64,000 nucleotides of DNA from Dictyostelium discoideum (Eukaryota): positions 2,496,001 to 2,560,000 of the forward strand of contig CM000155.2 of assembly GCA_000004695.1 (NCBI GenBank). Direction: 5' to 3'. The notes beneath the pieces are model-generated. The model saw only the letters and a program-made list of their open reading frames with translations, had not been told where the DNA came from and did not search any database. Shown here one piece after another: positions 61,296 to 64,000 of the stretch. The position numbers and the translations under genes are program-made. Each line of letters opens with the position of its first letter. Positions within the stretch are counted from its first letter, which is position 1.

Positions 61296-61446
61296 CATAA
61301 ATTTTTTTTTTTTTTTTTTGAATAAGAACAAATCGAATATTAAAAGTGGATATTTTTAGATTTTATTTAAATAATTTTTTTTATTTATTTTTATTTTTAT
61401 TTTTTTAAATATATAAATAATTACACATAATAAATTATTAAATTAT

Positions 61447-61485
<39 letters not shown>

Positions 61486-61593
61486 TTTTTTTTGTTTTTT
61501 TTTTTAAAAAAAAGTTAAAATAAAATTACTTTTAAAAATATTTAATGATGAAAATAGATTTGGAAAAAAAAAATAAAAATATTTTTAATTGAA

Positions 61594-63362
61594 TTATTCA
61601 GTCATCATACCAGTGTTTTTTAACATTTTAGTTAATTTTTGAACCAATTGAGAAGCATTTGGACGATGATTTGGATTTAAATCGATACAAGTCACCAAAA
61701 GTTCAATGAGTGGTTGAAGTAATTTTGGTTGAATGAGATCAGTTGGTAATGGTGGACAAGTACCATTGATGATCATTTCAATGGATTGGAGATGTTGGAA
61801 TTGATGGTAAGGTGGGAGTAAAGAGATGATTTCAAAGCATAACATGGCAAAAGACCAAATGTCAGCCTTTAAACTATAACCACTATTTCCACCATCGGCA
61901 ACATTCAACACCTCAGCGGCCATATAACAAGGTGTACCAATACAAGTTTTCAAAGTTACACCATTACCCAACTCTTTACTTGTATCGAAATCGCAGACCC
62001 TAATACTGCAAACCCTGCCCTTGTCGTCCAACGAACACATGATATTTCCAGGCTTGAGGTCACGATGTATGATGGGGTTCTTTTGGGTGTGAAGGAACTC
62101 CAAGCCCTTGGCGATCTCCAATGCCATCCAAATCACCTCAGTGGCTGGGAAAGGCGAAGTTCTCTTTGTGATGACATCCTTCAAAGAGTGTGGGTAGAAT
62201 TCCATAAATAACCAAAGTTGATTACCACTTAAACGGTGACCTAAATATTTTGCAATATTTTGGTGACTTAATTTAACCATGATTGTAATCTCTGAAATGA
62301 ATTGTTCAACCAAGAAAGGTGAGGTATTCTTTAATTTCAATACCTTTACTGCACATGTAAAACCATCGACAGTGCATCTATGAACTGTACAACCACTACC
62401 ACCTGACCCAATTTGTTCACAAAGTTTAATATCGGATACACTGAAATCAATACCACCCTTTTCAATATCTTCAGGTTTTCTAGTCTCATTCCTTTTCTTT
62501 GATGAGATAATATTAGCATGAATCGCTTGAATCCAATCCTCTCTATCTCTGTTCGAATCTGCAATGAATGTAAAACATTCTCTATCGTTATTATCTTCGC
62601 CATTACTATAATTTACACTATTATTACCATTATTATTATTACCATTTATATTATTATTACTATTAATATTATTATTATTATTATTATTACTATTTACATT
62701 TGTTATACCATTATTATTACTTATAAAACCGCTACCACCACCATTATTTATTAATACCCCACTACTTTTTATATCAATTACACTATTATTATTACTATTA
62801 CTATTACTATTTATATTATTATTATTATTATTACCATTTGAATTATTATTATTATTATTTTTAGATTTTGAATCATTATTTGTCATATTATTAATTGCAT
62901 TTTGAATCCCATTCAATGATAACATATTTGGAGAATTATCTTGTTGAGAATCAATATTTTGTATAGATATTTGAAAGATTGGTCTATCTTCAGGGTCGGA
63001 AATCATGGTTACTTCAGCTTCACTTAATGATATTTTCTTTTTAAATGAAAATTGATTCGATTTCTTTATTGGTGTTGATAATACAAATATATCATTAAAT
63101 AAGAAACAATAATATTGATTTGAGTTTGAACCTTTACCACTCTCTGTTAACATACCCTCTCTAACATATCTTCTATGTGGTAAATTCAAATTTTCAAATT
63201 TACCTGTCATTTGATTTTGAATGATTCTAACTTTATTTTGACTATCATTATCTCTAATCTTTTCTTTAACATAATCAACTGTTGATTTCATTTTAATTAC
63301 AGCCTTTATTTTTAAATTTTTTGGTAAAATAAAATATTAATAATTAAATAAATAAATAATTA

Positions 63363-63455
<93 letters not shown>

Positions 63456-63759
63456 TACTTTTTTAAATGGTTCATAATCTGGATGAGATTGTGGAGTTAA
63501 GCTAAATAAATAATTAATCATTGATGTATATTGACCAATTCTTGAAACTGGTAAAACTAAAAGAGCACCTAAATCTGTGAAATTACTATCTAATAAAATT
63601 TGTTCTTTCTCTTGAATAAATGCTTGAAATTTATGACTTTCTTCTTTTAATTTATTTAAAACTGAAATTGATGTATAATAATTTTTAACATATGATGCAT
63701 ATAATTTAAAATAATCACACTAATAATAATAGTAATAATAAATGTTAATAATTAATTTA

Positions 63760-63810
<51 letters not shown>

Positions 63811-64000
63811 TATAATAATAATAATTTAATAACTTACAATTTTTAAGAAACAATCACCTAAACCAATTGGATTTGAAGTACCATCTAATAAAACATTTTC
63901 TAAATCTTCAGCCAATAATTTACTTGAACCTAAAATTACTTCAGTATCACCAAATAATTGTTTAACTTGAGCTTTACTAATGAATGGATTATTTGAAAGA
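61594..64000 (-). CDS. RhoGEF (DH) - PH - protein kinase fusion protein (kxc-type 'kinase and exchange factor' architecture), 3' portion; the gene continues beyond 64000. Exons seen (minus): 63838..>64000, 63459..63719, 61594..63303.
   Basis: DH domain ...NPFISKAQVKQLFGDTEVILGSSKLL...GLGDCFLKI|CDYFKLYASYVKNYY...LLVLPVSRIGQYTSMINYLFSLTPQSHPDYEPFKK. PH domain (MKSTVDYVKEK...YYCFLFNDIFVLS...ECFTFIAD..REDWIQAI) split by a poly-N/S insert. Kinase IGSGGSGCTVHRC...AVKVLK...IIHRDLKPGNIM...VCDFDTS...GTPCYMAAEV. Donors GTAAGT (63832-63837 rc) and GTAATT (63453-63458 rc). Both introns contain (AAT)n. Confidence 0.8.

Overview
This window looks like nuclear genomic DNA from a Dictyostelium-type social amoeba, not a prokaryote. 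It is about 80% AT and has long homopolymer A/T tracts. Coding poly-N/poly-Q tracts from (AAT)n/(CAA)n repeats are frequent. Introns are short, AT-rich and spliceosomal (GTAAGT/GTATGT ... AG), often right after the start codon. Operon and defence-island frameworks therefore do not apply. I can support about 25 protein-coding genes, many multi-exon; exon boundaries were reconstructed by eye from splice signals and frame continuity. They are: a Kelch-repeat gene (5' part), an N-rich hypothetical, csn6 (COP9 signalosome subunit 6), a tag-family serine-protease/ABC-transporter gene, a ZCCHC10-like zinc-knuckle gene, a CENP-B/pogo-type HTH gene, cog4, a 477-aa hypothetical, an importin-13-like transport receptor, a small CaaX-box ORF, an OYE-family flavin oxidoreductase, a 151-aa orphan, a Ras GTPase identical in structure to RasD, three expansin-like paralogues, a SET-domain gene, a pseudokinase-RhoGAP fusion, a large SNF2-family ATPase, a 114-aa two-exon gene, a theta-class GST, rps3, and the 3' two-thirds of a RhoGEF-PH-kinase gene. 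No rRNA, tRNA, CRISPR or identifiable autonomous transposon was seen. Unusual points are a 7.7-kb ORF-free AT-rich block with recurring G/T-rich (CAE/G-box-like) motifs and microsatellites, a MITE-like inverted repeat inside a cog4 intron, a dispersed triad of expansin-like genes, several unusual domain fusions, and a candidate short prenylated-peptide gene. The ORF-track 'M' starts are frequently TTG/CTG alternative starts and were not trusted.
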